From NCBI GenBank assembly GCA_965242965.1, contig OZ251518.1, positions 2,208,001-2,272,000 on the forward strand: a DNA stretch of 64,000 nt. The letters run 5' to 3'. A program made the translations under genes and the position numbers. Positions 39,183-49,935 of this stretch are shown one piece after another (position 1 is the stretch's first letter; the number at the start of each line of letters is the position of its first letter). This stretch comes from Candidatus Poribacteria bacterium. GTDB lineage: Bacteria > Poribacteria > WGA-4E > WGA-3G. Under the pieces are notes generated by a model that had not been told where the DNA came from, did no database searches, and saw nothing but the letters and a program-made list of their open reading frames with translations.

Positions 39183-40982
39183 ATGTACGCCAAAAATACT
39201 AAATACGCCGGGAAACACCCCGAGCAAGTCCAGTTCGTTGAAGATGACGAAGAACTGGAGGAAGAACTCGAAGAAGCCGAAGAATACGCAAATAGCTCCG
39301 GCTACTCATTGCAACTGATTCACCACATCATCTCCGAAACACCTGTCGAAGACCGGCGACGAAGATGGCTCCTAGAACTCCGCCGTTCTATCCTCAGCGA
39401 TGAAGGTGAATTCCAAGAACGCGTCCAAGCCATCCAGCGTGAGGCTCTCCGCATACACGCCGAAATGGAGGAGCAGATCGAGCAACTCACCTCTCCCGCT
39501 AATCGCATCGGGACACTGCTCGGACTGCCCAAGGAAGATGTCGCACGCGTCATCGTCGGCGGCTCCGAATACTACGCAAACCTCGCACCCGAACTGAACC
39601 CGGCTGAACTCAGAAAGGGATACAGCGTGTTGCTGAACGACGCATTTGTCGTCGTCGGAGAACTCGGGTATAGCGATGCCGGCCCTATCGTTAAAGTCGC
39701 TGACGTGCTACCCGACAACCGCATTCGCATCGGCGGCGAACCGAACGCGCAATCCGCTATCTTGGAACTCGGCGCAGAACTCGCCGATGCCAAACTGAAG
39801 CCGGGAGATGAAGTGCGCATCGACCTGAATTTTCGTGTCGCAATCGAGCAGATAGCCGCCAAAGAAGCAGACCATTACGCGCTAGAAAAGGTGCCGGAAA
39901 TCCCGTGGTCGAAGGTGGGTGGACTTGACGAAACCATCCAACTTATCAAGGATACCATTGAACTGCCCATCCTCCACCCGGAACTCTTCAAGCGGTTTCA
40001 ATACAGCGCGCCGAAGGGATTCCTACTGCACGGACCGCCGGGATGCGGCAAGACGCTCATCGGGAAGGCAACCGCGCATAACCTCACCGAACAACTGCGC
40101 AGCGAAACCGGCGAGGAGATCGAGGGGTGTTTCCTTCACATTAAGGGACCCGAGATTCTCAACATGTGGCTCGGCGAATCTGAACGGAAAGTCAGGGAAA
40201 TCTTCCAAATGGCACGTGAAAAACGGGAAGAAGGGAAACTCGCTTTTGTCTTCATTGACGAAGCAGAATCGATTCTAGGCACCCGCCGCGCACTCCGTTC
40301 ACACAGCATCTCGAACACGCTGGTACCGATGTTCTGCGCGGAGATGGACGGAATTGAATCCCTGCACGACGTGGTCATCATCCTCGCAACAAACCGGCCA
40401 GATCTGATCGATCCGGCGATTCTGCGCCCCGGACGCATTGATAGAAAAATCAAGGTGAAGCGTCCCAACGCAATAGCGGCGAAGGATATCTTCCGCATTT
40501 ATCTCACGCCGGAACTGCCGCTCATCCCAGAACGCGAAACGGAAGACGAAGTCGCAGAGGATGCGGCAGACTACGGCACGGAAAAACTCGTCGCAGACCT
40601 GATTGGACAGGTAGTTCATGAGATGTTCCGGGAAGACGAGGACAACCGATTCTTGGAAGTCGCACTCCGCAGCGGGAGACGCGATATTCTCTACCGCGGG
40701 CATCTCTGCAGCGGCGCGATTATTGAATCCATCGTGCAACGCGCGAAGGAGTCCGCACTGAAACGCGCAATTCGGGAGCCGGAGAGGGAGGCAGGCATCA
40801 CACGCGCAGACCTGTTGGACGCGCTCAGTGCCGAATACAGCGAAAGCGAAATCTTTCCACCGACAGAAGCGACAGAGGACTGGCTCAAACTCCTCGACTA
40901 TGAACCGGAGAATGTGGTGAAGGTTACGCCTATCCGAACGGAGAAACGCGAACGCCGCAAGACTGCAAGTCGGGTGATTTAA
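39183..40982 (+). CDS. arc: Proteasome-associated AAA ATPase (ARC/Mpa)
   Basis: Coiled coil and OB region, GPPGCGKT, IKGPEILNMWLGESER, FIDEAE, LRPGRIDRKI, SGAII; operon context. Confidence 0.92.
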   Translation: MYAKNTKYAGKHPEQVQFVEDDEELEEELEEAEEYANSSGYSLQLIHHIISETPVEDRRRRWLLELRRSILSDEGEFQERVQAIQREALRIHAEMEEQIEQLTSPANRIGTLLGLPKEDVARVIVGGSEYYANLAPELNPAELRKGYSVLLNDAFVVVGELGYSDAGPIVKVADVLPDNRIRIGGEPNAQSAILELGAELADAKLKPGDEVRIDLNFRVAIEQIAAKEADHYALEKVPEIPWSKVGGLDETIQLIKDTIELPILHPELFKRFQYSAPKGFLLHGPPGCGKTLIGKATAHNLTEQLRSETGEEIEGCFLHIKGPEILNMWLGESERKVREIFQMAREKREEGKLAFVFIDEAESILGTRRALRSHSISNTLVPMFCAEMDGIESLHDVVIILATNRPDLIDPAILRPGRIDRKIKVKRPNAIAAKDIFRIYLTPELPLIPERETEDEVAEDAADYGTEKLVADLIGQVVHEMFREDEDNRFLEVALRSGRRDILYRGHLCSGAIIESIVQRAKESALKRAIREPEREAGITRADLLDALSAEYSESEIFPPTEATEDWLKLLDYEPENVVKVTPIRTEKRERRKTASRVI

Positions 40983-40997
40983 CGGTTTGCCGCTATG

Positions 40998-41240
40998 TAT
41001 CGGGACAGGGATGTCCCTCCTACGGCGCGGGAATTCCCAGTAGGAGAGACCTAATCTTGACCCGTTCGGGTGCAGGCGCACCCGAACTACGCGCTTGGGA
41101 CATCCCAGTAGGAGAGACCTCCTGGTCTCGATTTCCGCTGATGTATCGGGACAGGGATGTCCCGCCTACCGGGGATGCGGAGAGTATCGGGACAAGGATG
41201 TCCCGCCTACCGGGTAGGAGAGACCTCCTGGTCTCGATTG
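40998..41240. repeat. REP cluster
   Basis: ATCGGGACA(A/G)GGATGTCCC and GTAGGAGAGACCTCCTGGTCTCG copies. Confidence 0.85.
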
Positions 41241-41310
41241 CTGCATCGCGCGGGACCCTGGCCATCGCAATAATTCAACATGAGGAGGCGCACAGAGGAA
41301 CTCAAAACCT

Positions 41311-42831
41311 ATGCAAAGAATCTTTGGAATCGAAACGGAATATGGCATCACGCTTGAAAATGCGGAGCACATCGACGCGGTCAAAGAATCCATCGCGCTG
41401 ATCCAGAGTTATCGGCGTGAGGACTTCCGGCCGATGTGGGACTACGGCGGCGAAGACCCGTTTCGTGATGAGCGCGGCTTCCGGGCGAAGACGCTCTCCA
41501 ATCATCCCGATGAGAAGGAGGCGGAGAAACGCGACCGGCTGCACAATCTCTCCTTCGCGGAAATCAAGAGCGACCGGATTCTCGGCAACGGCGCGCGACT
41601 TTACAATGACCACGCGCATCCGGAGTATTCCACGCCGGAATGCTGCAGTCTGTTCGATCTGGTGGCGCACGACAAAGCAGGCGAACGTATCCTGCAGCGA
41701 TGCGCCGAAACCCGCAGCGAGCACCTCGGAAAGCGCGTGTTGCTTTACAAAAATAATACCGATTTCCACGGGCATAGCTACGGCTGCCACGATAACTATC
41801 TCATGGCACGTGAGGTGCCGTTTGAATACCTCAAGGAGTGCATTCTACCGTTCTTCGTCACGCGGCAGATTTTCGCCGGTGCTGGGAAACTCGGCATTGA
41901 AACGGAAGCCGGGCTCGCGACACCGGGGCATTTTCAGTTGGCGCAGCGTTCTGATTTCTTTCACGTTGAAGCAAGTATCGACACGATGCACCAGCGTCCC
42001 ATCTTCAATACGCGAGATGAGCCGCACGCCGATGCCACTAAATATCGCAGACTGCACGGAATCGTCGGCGATGCAAACATGTCTGAATACGCAACAGCGT
42101 TGAAAATCGGCACAACCGCGCTCGTTATCGCGCTGATCGAGGCACGCAAAATTCCAATGGAATTGGCTCTCGCGAACCCGATTGACACCATCAAAACTAT
42201 CTCGCACGACCAGGGATATCGGTGGCTCGTCACAACGGCAACGGGAAAGACGATGTCCGCGATCGACCATCAGCGTGAATATCTCGCCATTGCCAGCAAG
42301 TATTTTGCCGAATCGGACGTTGCGCACCAATACGAAGAATTCGAGTTTGACTGGGTGCTAACTGAATGGGAGGATACGCTAAACACCTTGGAGAAGGACC
42401 CGATGTTGCTCACCGACCGGCTCGATTGGGTGGCAAAGAAATGGCTCTTGGAAACCTTCGCCGAGGAAGAGCAACTGGACTGGGATGACCCGTGGCTGCA
42501 GAGTCTCGACCTGGAATACCATAACGTCGATCAAGAGGAGAGTCTCTTCTATGGGGTGCCGATGCGGCGCGTTGTGACTGACGAACAAATCGACGCGGCC
42601 ATCCATGCACCGCCGGCAGGAACGCGTGCCTATTTCCGCGGCAACGCCATCAATCGGTTCAACGAATGCATCAAGGCAATCCAGTGGGATAGCATTACCT
42701 TCCAGGTCAACAGCCGCCCTGTCTCAGTGGACATAGCCGCGCTCGCCGATGCCGAAATCGCCAGCCGCTATAACAAGACGCTTGACGAATCACCGAACGT
42801 TGAAACGTTGATTGAAAAATTAGGATTGTAA
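41311..42831 (+). CDS. dop: Depupylase/deamidase Dop homologue
   Basis: GIETEYG, NGARLYNDHAHPEYSTPEC, SYGCHDNY, NTRDEPHAD..YRRLH. Confidence 0.9.
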   Translation: MQRIFGIETEYGITLENAEHIDAVKESIALIQSYRREDFRPMWDYGGEDPFRDERGFRAKTLSNHPDEKEAEKRDRLHNLSFAEIKSDRILGNGARLYNDHAHPEYSTPECCSLFDLVAHDKAGERILQRCAETRSEHLGKRVLLYKNNTDFHGHSYGCHDNYLMAREVPFEYLKECILPFFVTRQIFAGAGKLGIETEAGLATPGHFQLAQRSDFFHVEASIDTMHQRPIFNTRDEPHADATKYRRLHGIVGDANMSEYATALKIGTTALVIALIEARKIPMELALANPIDTIKTISHDQGYRWLVTTATGKTMSAIDHQREYLAIASKYFAESDVAHQYEEFEFDWVLTEWEDTLNTLEKDPMLLTDRLDWVAKKWLLETFAEEEQLDWDDPWLQSLDLEYHNVDQEESLFYGVPMRRVVTDEQIDAAIHAPPAGTRAYFRGNAINRFNECIKAIQWDSITFQVNSRPVSVDIAALADAEIASRYNKTLDESPNVETLIEKLGL

Positions 42832-42883
42832 CAACCGTCCTTTTCAGCACCTTTCGGTGCAACATGTTTACAGGAGGAATCTG

Positions 42884-43090
42884 ATGGAAATGGAAAAGGA
42901 ATCTATCATTACGCAGCTTGAACGCAAGCAGCGAGATACCAAACCGATCGGCCCCGGCGATGGCGATGGGGACAACGGCGGCCCCAAACGCCAGAACGTC
43001 AACCGGCCTGATACGCAGGAACTGCTCAAACGCATGCGCCGGGTCGACAAGGACCAGTCGCGGCGTTACCGCCAGCGGACCGGCGAGTGA
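42884..43090 (+). CDS. ubact: Ubiquitin-like protein UBact
   Basis: 68 aa, disordered N-terminus, LLKRMRRVD..RRYRQRTGE end; AGGAGG RBS; lies between dop and prcB. Confidence 0.9.
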   Translation: MEMEKESIITQLERKQRDTKPIGPGDGDGDNGGPKRQNVNRPDTQELLKRMRRVDKDQSRRYRQRTGE

Positions 43091-43109
43091 GGTGCAGCCC
43101 GCACCAGAA

Positions 43110-43295
43110 CGTAGCGCGAGGGCCTGTCCCTCGCGAACCTACAATCTGAAGAAACGCACCGAGGAAGCCATCGAGACCGGGAGGTCTCTCCTACCTCGCG
43201 AACGCGCAGCCTGCACTGGCCCGTAGCGCGAGGGCCTGTCCCTCGCGAAGACGCAGCCCGTATCGGCCCGTAGCGCGAGGGCCTGTCCCTCGCGA
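43110..43295. repeat. REP cluster
   Basis: Three GTAGCGCGAGGGCCTGTCCCTCGCG plus one GAGACC-type copy. Confidence 0.88.
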
Positions 43296-43320
43296 ACCCA
43301 GAATATAAAGAGGAGCACCT

Positions 43321-44199
43321 ATGAATCACATCGCGACCGAGAGGACTCTCCTACCGGGCGAAAACAACCACAAAGGCGACTTTCTCAGCCTCTTAAATCA
43401 CGCGGGAATTAAGACCGGGGGCACGTCTCCCGCCAACGTTTCCGCGTCAGATGCCGTAGCAAGCGAGATTGAAATCGCGCACAGCACCACGGTCATCGCC
43501 GTGCGCTATCGTGACGGCGTGATGATTGCCGGTGACCGGCGTGCCACCGCCGGCACCGCTGTCATCTACGACAAGGCGGAGAAAGTCCTCCAGATTGACA
43601 ACTATTCTGTCCTTGCCATCTCCGGTTCGCCCGCGATTGCTTATGAAATCGCGCGGATATTGGAGCATTCGTTCCAATACTTCCGCCGCAGCCAACTCCA
43701 AGAATTGAGCCTAGAGGGCAAACTGCGGATGCTGTCGCGGCTGATTCGGGACAACCTCGCCATGGCACTTCAGGGCATCGGCGGTGTCATTCCAATCTTT
43801 GCGATTTACGACGTAAACGCTCAATCCGAATCCGAATCCGCCGAGGATCGCGAACCGTCCGCAAAGAACAGCGGCAAAATCTTCTTCTACGATGCCCTCG
43901 GTGCGCACTTTGAGAACGTCGATTTCGCCACCACCGGCTCCGGCTCCATCTGGATTCGTGGTGTGCTACGTTATCTCAACCAATGGGGAGAAACGCGCCT
44001 AGAAGAAATGGACGAACAGCAGGCGACGATTACCATTTTGCGGCTTCTTGACACGGCAAGCGAATATGATGCCGCCACGAGCGGCTATAACGCGAAGGCG
44101 AAGATCTTCCCAACCGTAAAAACCGTCACACAAGATGGAATCAGGAACGTGTCCGATGAATATCTTGAGGAATGTTACGCAGAATGCGGCCCGCAATAA
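43321..44199 (+). CDS. prcB: 20S proteasome beta subunit
   Basis: Propeptide then AHS|TTVIA, AGDRRAT, LSLEGK, TGSGS, DAATSG. Confidence 0.92.
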   Translation: MNHIATERTLLPGENNHKGDFLSLLNHAGIKTGGTSPANVSASDAVASEIEIAHSTTVIAVRYRDGVMIAGDRRATAGTAVIYDKAEKVLQIDNYSVLAISGSPAIAYEIARILEHSFQYFRRSQLQELSLEGKLRMLSRLIRDNLAMALQGIGGVIPIFAIYDVNAQSESESAEDREPSAKNSGKIFFYDALGAHFENVDFATTGSGSIWIRGVLRYLNQWGETRLEEMDEQQATITILRLLDTASEYDAATSGYNAKAKIFPTVKTVTQDGIRNVSDEYLEECYAECGPQ

Positions 44200-44258
44200 A
44201 GCACGGAAGACGAAAACGCACCTGCCTGAAAATAGCATAACAACTGGAGATTAAGGAC

Positions 44259-47200
44259 GTGAAAAAGAAAGAGAATGTCGTCACGAGCCTCAGTGTGGAG
44301 GTGCTAGGTGCAGTCTTACCACGCGCCGCAGGCTGGGAAGTTGAAGAACAGGAAAATGTCCTAGATAGAAGCGCGAAGCATCCCGACATTGTCGTGACGC
44401 GGTTAGGACATGAAACCGTCGCCATCGATGCCAAGTGGCAGGGTGCGGCAAATCGGGGGGAGGCACATCTCAAGGAGGTCTGCGCGAAATACAAGGGACA
44501 AACGCTGACTACCGATTTCCGCGGCAAGAGCGCGGCGTTAACGACGGTGATGGTGATTCGGTATCCCGAAACCTTCAAACCTTTAAGACGGTGGGAGCTC
44601 ATCGAGGCTGTGAAGGCCGCCGATGACATTGAGTATGTGCTGGTGGGATTGTCAAAAGGGACGGATTACCGATTTCCTCAACACGGTTTCGCTAAAGGAA
44701 CGCTGAGTGACATCGCCAACGCCATTCGGTTCGGCGCAGTGCCGAGTGCGCGGATCCAAGATGCCGCAAGACAAATGGGCACCGCGGTGAAGGACGCAGC
44801 AAGTGAACTACACAAGGTGGCCAACGAACGTCAGGCTGTCGCCGCTGGATTGAACGAGATCTTGGGCGGTGAATGCGGTGAGCATGGTGAGCAGATGGCA
44901 CGAGTCGGATGCTTAATCATCATGGACGCGTTCGTTTTTCAAAACGCTCTCGCCGGGAAACCGCAGATGGAAACGGTGCGGCCGCCTGCCTACTACAAGA
45001 CGAACGGCATCGATTTGGCGGAAGTGGCGCGGGATTGGGATGCCATCCTTAAAGTCAACTACCATCCCATTTTCAACGACGCGCGGCGAATGCTCAACGC
45101 CGCACTCTGCTACGATGAAGAAAAAGCCGAGACAGTGTTAGCTAACCTGTGCAATTCCGCCTGTGAACTGATTAAGTCGCATCTGCCACAAATCCACGAA
45201 CTGGCAGGCGAGGTATTCCAGACGCTGCTCGTAGACAGAAAAGAGGTGAAGGCGAACTACACGCTACCAGAGAGCGCAACGTTAATATCGGCACTCGCAT
45301 GTCCAGGCATACAGGAAAATGCAACGCTTGAGACACTGCCGAAAGTTGCCGACTATGCCTGCGGCACCGGTGCCTTGCTCAACGGCGTTTACAAACGCGT
45401 CCAGCACCTGTGGGAGGAACAGAAAGGCGAGAGTAGTGTCGATATCCACCGCTACATGTTGGAGAACAATCTGGCGGGTTGCGATATCTTCTCTCACTGC
45501 ACACACCTGACGTTCTCGGCGATGGCGAGCGCGCATCCCGAAGTGACACTCGGCGCAACGCGGGTTATCACCGCACCCTTTGGCAAGACGAGAAACGGTT
45601 TTAAAACCGGGTCTTTGGAACTGCTGGATAACCAACTACTTGCCGCCAACATGGAAGTTTTGGGCAAACAGGCGAGCGGTAGCGACATCGCAACGGCGGA
45701 ACTCAAGCGCGAGTTCCCCAACGGCGAAATGGACATCGTTATTATGAACCCGCCGTACCTGACGAACAGCGCGGACAACGCTGCGAAAAATCCGAAACGG
45801 GTATTCGGTTCAGAATTCCGCAGTAAGGAAGAGCAGGAACTGATGCTTGAAGAACTTGGCAAAAAGCCTGCAGCGTATGGACATGGCAAAGTCCCGTATT
45901 CCTATTTTGTGGAACTGGCACATAGCAAACTGCGCGCCAGCGGGCGGATGGCATTTATTCTGCCAGTGTCAATTTTCAATATTCCAGCCTTTAAGAAAAT
46001 CCGCAAGATGTGGGCGACGCAGTACCACAACGTGAAGGTGGTGACGATATCGCAATATAGCGGACACGACAGCGCGTTCTCCGCCGCGACGAGCTTGGCA
46101 GAATGCATGATAATCGCTGACAAGGGCGTTGGTAAAAACACAGGGCGGGCGATGTTCGTATCTCTGAATGAACGTCCCGACAACTCGCTGACTGCCAATG
46201 CATTGGCGGAGCAAATTGGGGAGCGGGTGCTTACTCGGCGATTGGAAGATACCGCGCTTGGGGGAGACATCTTTAACATTGGCAGCACCAAAATTGCCAA
46301 TGCATTAGATTGTCCCATTAATGATGAGGAGTGGGAAGTTACCCGACTTAAGGCAATGTCACTGGCGCAAATTGTTTATCATTTGCGTCACGGCACCCTG
46401 CGCTTGCAAGGCATTTCCGATGCAATAGCCCTCCCAATCTGTCCGTTGGGCGCGGTGGGCAAAGTCGGGGCAAGCGATCCTGATATCAAACAACCGGGGC
46501 GGCGAGGTGCTTTTGAACTCCGTGAGAACGCAGATGGAAGGGCGAGAGAGGGATACGATACCCTTTATCAAGTAAAAAAACTTACGCTGCAGCGTTCGAT
46601 GAGAGTTGTGCCAGACCACAAGGCACTCATCAAGCCACGAAACGTGGAAAAGGCACATCGAATTCTGCGAGAACATAATAGCCGAACCCATTATCACATG
46701 TTTCTGCGCTTTAACGCGAATTCGGTGGCAGCGCATTATACCGAGTCACCGTCGATAGCTTGCGGTTCAATAACCAATCTGAAGTTGGCAGATCCGCGGT
46801 ATGATGCAGCGTGGACGCTGTGGACAAATTCGACGCTGGGTTTACTTTGCCACTGGGCGGTTGCTGGCAAGCAGCAGTCTGGGCGAGGTAAGTTAAATTT
46901 AACGGCGTTGGAGCATGTCCCAACTCTGGATGTGCGGAAACTGTCTGACGAACAACTTGACGCAGCAGATCGCGTATTCGCCGATTTGAAACATGCACGG
47001 ATGCTGCCATACAACGAATGCCGTTGGGACGCATGGCGACATGTGCTAGACGCGCGACTCCTGACAGAGGTGCTTGGGATTACCGATAGCGCGATCCCCC
47101 ATGCCATGCAAACGCTGCGAACAATGCTGTCCGACGAACCGAGCATCGCTGGAACGAAAAACAGCAAGGTAGACTTGGCAGAAGAGGGTGAGAAGCACGG

Positions 47201-47330
47201 CTACGCCGACGATGCTGAAGCACTAGCAACGCAACAATTAGCATTACAAATGCGCGGCATCGAGTTACCCGATGCAGCCGCAGAATTTGAAAAGGCAAAG
47301 GCGGAACGCAAGGCACGAAACGCCGCCTAG
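44259..47330 (+). CDS. Fused restriction endonuclease/N6-adenine methyltransferase (Type IIG-like)
   Basis: N-terminal PD..DAK nuclease motif, YT (motif X region), ADYACGTG motif I, MNPPY motif IV, AFILP, C-terminal TRD-like region. Confidence 0.8.
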   Translation: MKKKENVVTSLSVEVLGAVLPRAAGWEVEEQENVLDRSAKHPDIVVTRLGHETVAIDAKWQGAANRGEAHLKEVCAKYKGQTLTTDFRGKSAALTTVMVIRYPETFKPLRRWELIEAVKAADDIEYVLVGLSKGTDYRFPQHGFAKGTLSDIANAIRFGAVPSARIQDAARQMGTAVKDAASELHKVANERQAVAAGLNEILGGECGEHGEQMARVGCLIIMDAFVFQNALAGKPQMETVRPPAYYKTNGIDLAEVARDWDAILKVNYHPIFNDARRMLNAALCYDEEKAETVLANLCNSACELIKSHLPQIHELAGEVFQTLLVDRKEVKANYTLPESATLISALACPGIQENATLETLPKVADYACGTGALLNGVYKRVQHLWEEQKGESSVDIHRYMLENNLAGCDIFSHCTHLTFSAMASAHPEVTLGATRVITAPFGKTRNGFKTGSLELLDNQLLAANMEVLGKQASGSDIATAELKREFPNGEMDIVIMNPPYLTNSADNAAKNPKRVFGSEFRSKEEQELMLEELGKKPAAYGHGKVPYSYFVELAHSKLRASGRMAFILPVSIFNIPAFKKIRKMWATQYHNVKVVTISQYSGHDSAFSAATSLAECMIIADKGVGKNTGRAMFVSLNERPDNSLTANALAEQIGERVLTRRLEDTALGGDIFNIGSTKIANALDCPINDEEWEVTRLKAMSLAQIVYHLRHGTLRLQGISDAIALPICPLGAVGKVGASDPDIKQPGRRGAFELRENADGRAREGYDTLYQVKKLTLQRSMRVVPDHKALIKPRNVEKAHRILREHNSRTHYHMFLRFNANSVAAHYTESPSIACGSITNLKLADPRYDAAWTLWTNSTLGLLCHWAVAGKQQSGRGKLNLTALEHVPTLDVRKLSDEQLDAADRVFADLKHARMLPYNECRWDAWRHVLDARLLTEVLGITDSAIPHAMQTLRTMLSDEPSIAGTKNSKVDLAEEGEKHGYADDAEALATQQLALQMRGIELPDAAAEFEKAKAERKARNAA

Positions 47331-47407
47331 CCGAATTAATATATGCGAGACGAACGAGACCGTAGTTCGGGAGCACCTGCTCCCGAATGGAATCGCAAAG
47401 GAAAAAT

Positions 47408-48184
47408 ATGCGAGACGAACCCTATCGCTGGATAGAAGCAATTCAAGACAGGCGCGATTATATCGAAGACCAGCTCCGACTCGGTAGTCCTGTTGTCGGA
47501 CTCGGCTATAACGAAGGCATGGTGATGCTGACTATCGGCAGGGGCCAGCGGAAAATCTTTGAGGTGCATGACAGGATTGCCCTCTCCGCTATCGGGCATC
47601 CGGCGGATATTGAACGTCTCCGGATGCTTGTGACAGATACCGCCAGCGTCCAAGGTTTTCAAAACGCCACGGAGGATGTCAACCTCCATCGCTTGACAAA
47701 CTTTGTCTTGGCGCATACCTTCAAACAGGCGTTTGAGTCAATTGTCGGTGAGGCGTTCATTATCAAAATGTTGCTCGCCGAACTCGGCAACGCGCCTGAA
47801 CAGAACCGTTGGACCTTGATTAACTACGATGGCAATGTCCGGACAGACACCGTGGCTTCAGTCATCGGCGGCACGGAGGTGATTGAGGAGCGGATGCAAA
47901 ACTACCTTGCCACCGCGCCCGCGCAGACATCTCTGGATTTGAACGCCGCGTTGCAATTCGGACTGGAAACGTGGGCAGTCGGCAGGGAATTAAGCCTCCG
48001 TGACAGCGAAGATTCGGAAGAAGAACCCGACATTGACGCGTCGCAGATGCGCGCAATAGTTGACGACGCGCTGGAAGATGGCACAATTGAGGCAGGGGTT
48101 TTAGAGACGCTGCAGCGCGGCTCGAGCAAATTCCGCCTCCTCAGTTCGGAAGAAATTGAGGCGGCATTGGAAGCGTGGCATTAA
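47408..48184 (+). CDS. prcA: 20S proteasome alpha subunit
   Basis: EPYRW..DRRDY..GSPVV, RKIFEVHDRIA, IEAGVL; operon context. Confidence 0.9.
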   Translation: MRDEPYRWIEAIQDRRDYIEDQLRLGSPVVGLGYNEGMVMLTIGRGQRKIFEVHDRIALSAIGHPADIERLRMLVTDTASVQGFQNATEDVNLHRLTNFVLAHTFKQAFESIVGEAFIIKMLLAELGNAPEQNRWTLINYDGNVRTDTVASVIGGTEVIEERMQNYLATAPAQTSLDLNAALQFGLETWAVGRELSLRDSEDSEEEPDIDASQMRAIVDDALEDGTIEAGVLETLQRGSSKFRLLSSEEIEAALEAWH

Positions 48185-48195
48185 CGAACACGGCC

Positions 48196-48448
48196 GTAGG
48201 AGAGACCTCCTGGTCTCGATGCCCGTAGCGCGAGGGCCTGTCCCTCGCGATTGTTGTAAATACCGCCCGCGGTCCCGTAGCGCGAGGGCCTGTCCCTCGC
48301 GATGCAAACCGAACCGTGAAACCGTAGCGCGAGGGCCTGTCCCTCGCGATCGTTGTAAATAACGCCCGTGAAACCGTAGCGCGAGGGCCTGTCCCTCGCG
48401 ATCATTCGGCGATTCAAGCATGGCGGGGGACAGGCCCCCGCCCTACGA
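48196..48448. repeat. REP cluster
   Basis: Four tandem GTAGCGCGAGGGCCTGTCCCTCGCGAT plus two other types. Confidence 0.9.
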
Positions 48449-48495
48449 TGTGAGAGAGTTTCTTGACCCAACAAAACGTAACGACATCCGAAAAC

Positions 48496-49935
48496 ATGAA
48501 AAACCGAATCTTTGGCATCGAAACTGAATTTGGCTGTATGATGCAGCAGGAAGGGACGCGCGGTTCCTCAGAAGGCATCGCGGCGCGCGTGCGCGACTAC
48601 GTCTTCAACGCGCTGGAACTCGGCATCCGCGATATCCACTACCGCGACTGGGGAGAACCGCCCGGCAACGGCGGATTCCTCTTCAACGGCGGCCGCCTCT
48701 ACATTGATATGGGGCACTTGGAATACGCTACGCCCGAGTGCGGTTCGCTGTTTGAGCTCATCGCTTACGACAAGGCGATTGAGCGCGTCATTGTTAGGAT
48801 ATTAGAGGGAACAGGGTTACGCACCGCCTTCTTCAAAAACAACATCGACCACTTTACGGGCGCGACGTTTGGCTGTCACGAAAATTTCCAGGTCAGCCGA
48901 AGAGTGCCGTTCTATAAAATCGTCATCCCGACGCTCTTAGCGTTCTTCGTCACCCGGCAGATTTATGCAGGTGCCGGCAGAGTCGGCGCGCACGATGAAA
49001 TGGGCGAATACGCCGGCATTTATGGCGATTTCGAGGCTTTGCCCGACTACCAGATCTCGCAGCGCGCGGACCACATCGTCACCGAAATTTATGAGTGGAT
49101 TCAGTTTAGTCGCGCCATCATCAACACGCGCGATGAACCGCTCAGCGATTTCACGAAATACCGCAGGCTCCATCTCCTCGTCGGCGATTCCAATATGTCG
49201 GAATTCGCAACCGCGCTGAAGGTAGGCACCACCGCGCTGCTCCTCGCCGCCCTTGAGGAATTCCATCGGCAGCACGGTGAGAAACTCCCGCTCCCCGATC
49301 TCGTCCTCGCCGATCCGGTTTACGCTATCCGGCACGTGTCGCGGGACAGCACCTATGATTGGACGCTGGAATTGGCGACCGGCAAAACCGTCCGCGCCAT
49401 CGACTTGCAACGCGAATACCTCGATTTTGTCCAGAAATATGTCTCTGACACTCAAGAACCGGAAACGGCGTGGGTGTTAACCGAATGGGAGCAGGTGCTG
49501 GATGACTTGGAGAAGGACTGGCAGCTCGTCACCGACCGGGTTGATTGGGCAGCAAAGAGAATGCTCCTTGAGACGTTCATCGCGGAGGAAGGACTTGACT
49601 GGGATGATCCGTGGATTAAGAGCCAAGATTTGGAATACCATAACATTCATCCGGAGGGTGGGCTCTACTACGCGCTAGAAGAACAGGGCTTCATGCAACG
49701 GATTGTCACGGATGAACAGATAGAGCAGGCAATTGAGCATGCGCCAGAGGATACGCGCGCCAAGGTCCGCTCGTTTTTGATGCATAACCTCTACGAAAAT
49801 CGGATGCCGTGCATTGTCGATTGGCATCACGTTTACGCCGGGCATACGGAATGCTTTGAGATAAAAGAGCCGTTTGATACCGATTTGTCGGCGGCGCGCC
49901 GATGGCTTAAGAGGCTTCGGAAATCGCGGAAATAG
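48496..49935 (+). CDS. pafA: Pup/UBact ligase PafA homologue
   Basis: GIETEFG, NGGRLYIDMGHLEYATPEC, FGCHENF, SQRADH, NTRDEP..YRRLH, DTRA. Confidence 0.9.
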   Translation: MKNRIFGIETEFGCMMQQEGTRGSSEGIAARVRDYVFNALELGIRDIHYRDWGEPPGNGGFLFNGGRLYIDMGHLEYATPECGSLFELIAYDKAIERVIVRILEGTGLRTAFFKNNIDHFTGATFGCHENFQVSRRVPFYKIVIPTLLAFFVTRQIYAGAGRVGAHDEMGEYAGIYGDFEALPDYQISQRADHIVTEIYEWIQFSRAIINTRDEPLSDFTKYRRLHLLVGDSNMSEFATALKVGTTALLLAALEEFHRQHGEKLPLPDLVLADPVYAIRHVSRDSTYDWTLELATGKTVRAIDLQREYLDFVQKYVSDTQEPETAWVLTEWEQVLDDLEKDWQLVTDRVDWAAKRMLLETFIAEEGLDWDDPWIKSQDLEYHNIHPEGGLYYALEEQGFMQRIVTDEQIEQAIEHAPEDTRAKVRSFLMHNLYENRMPCIVDWHHVYAGHTECFEIKEPFDTDLSAARRWLKRLRKSRK

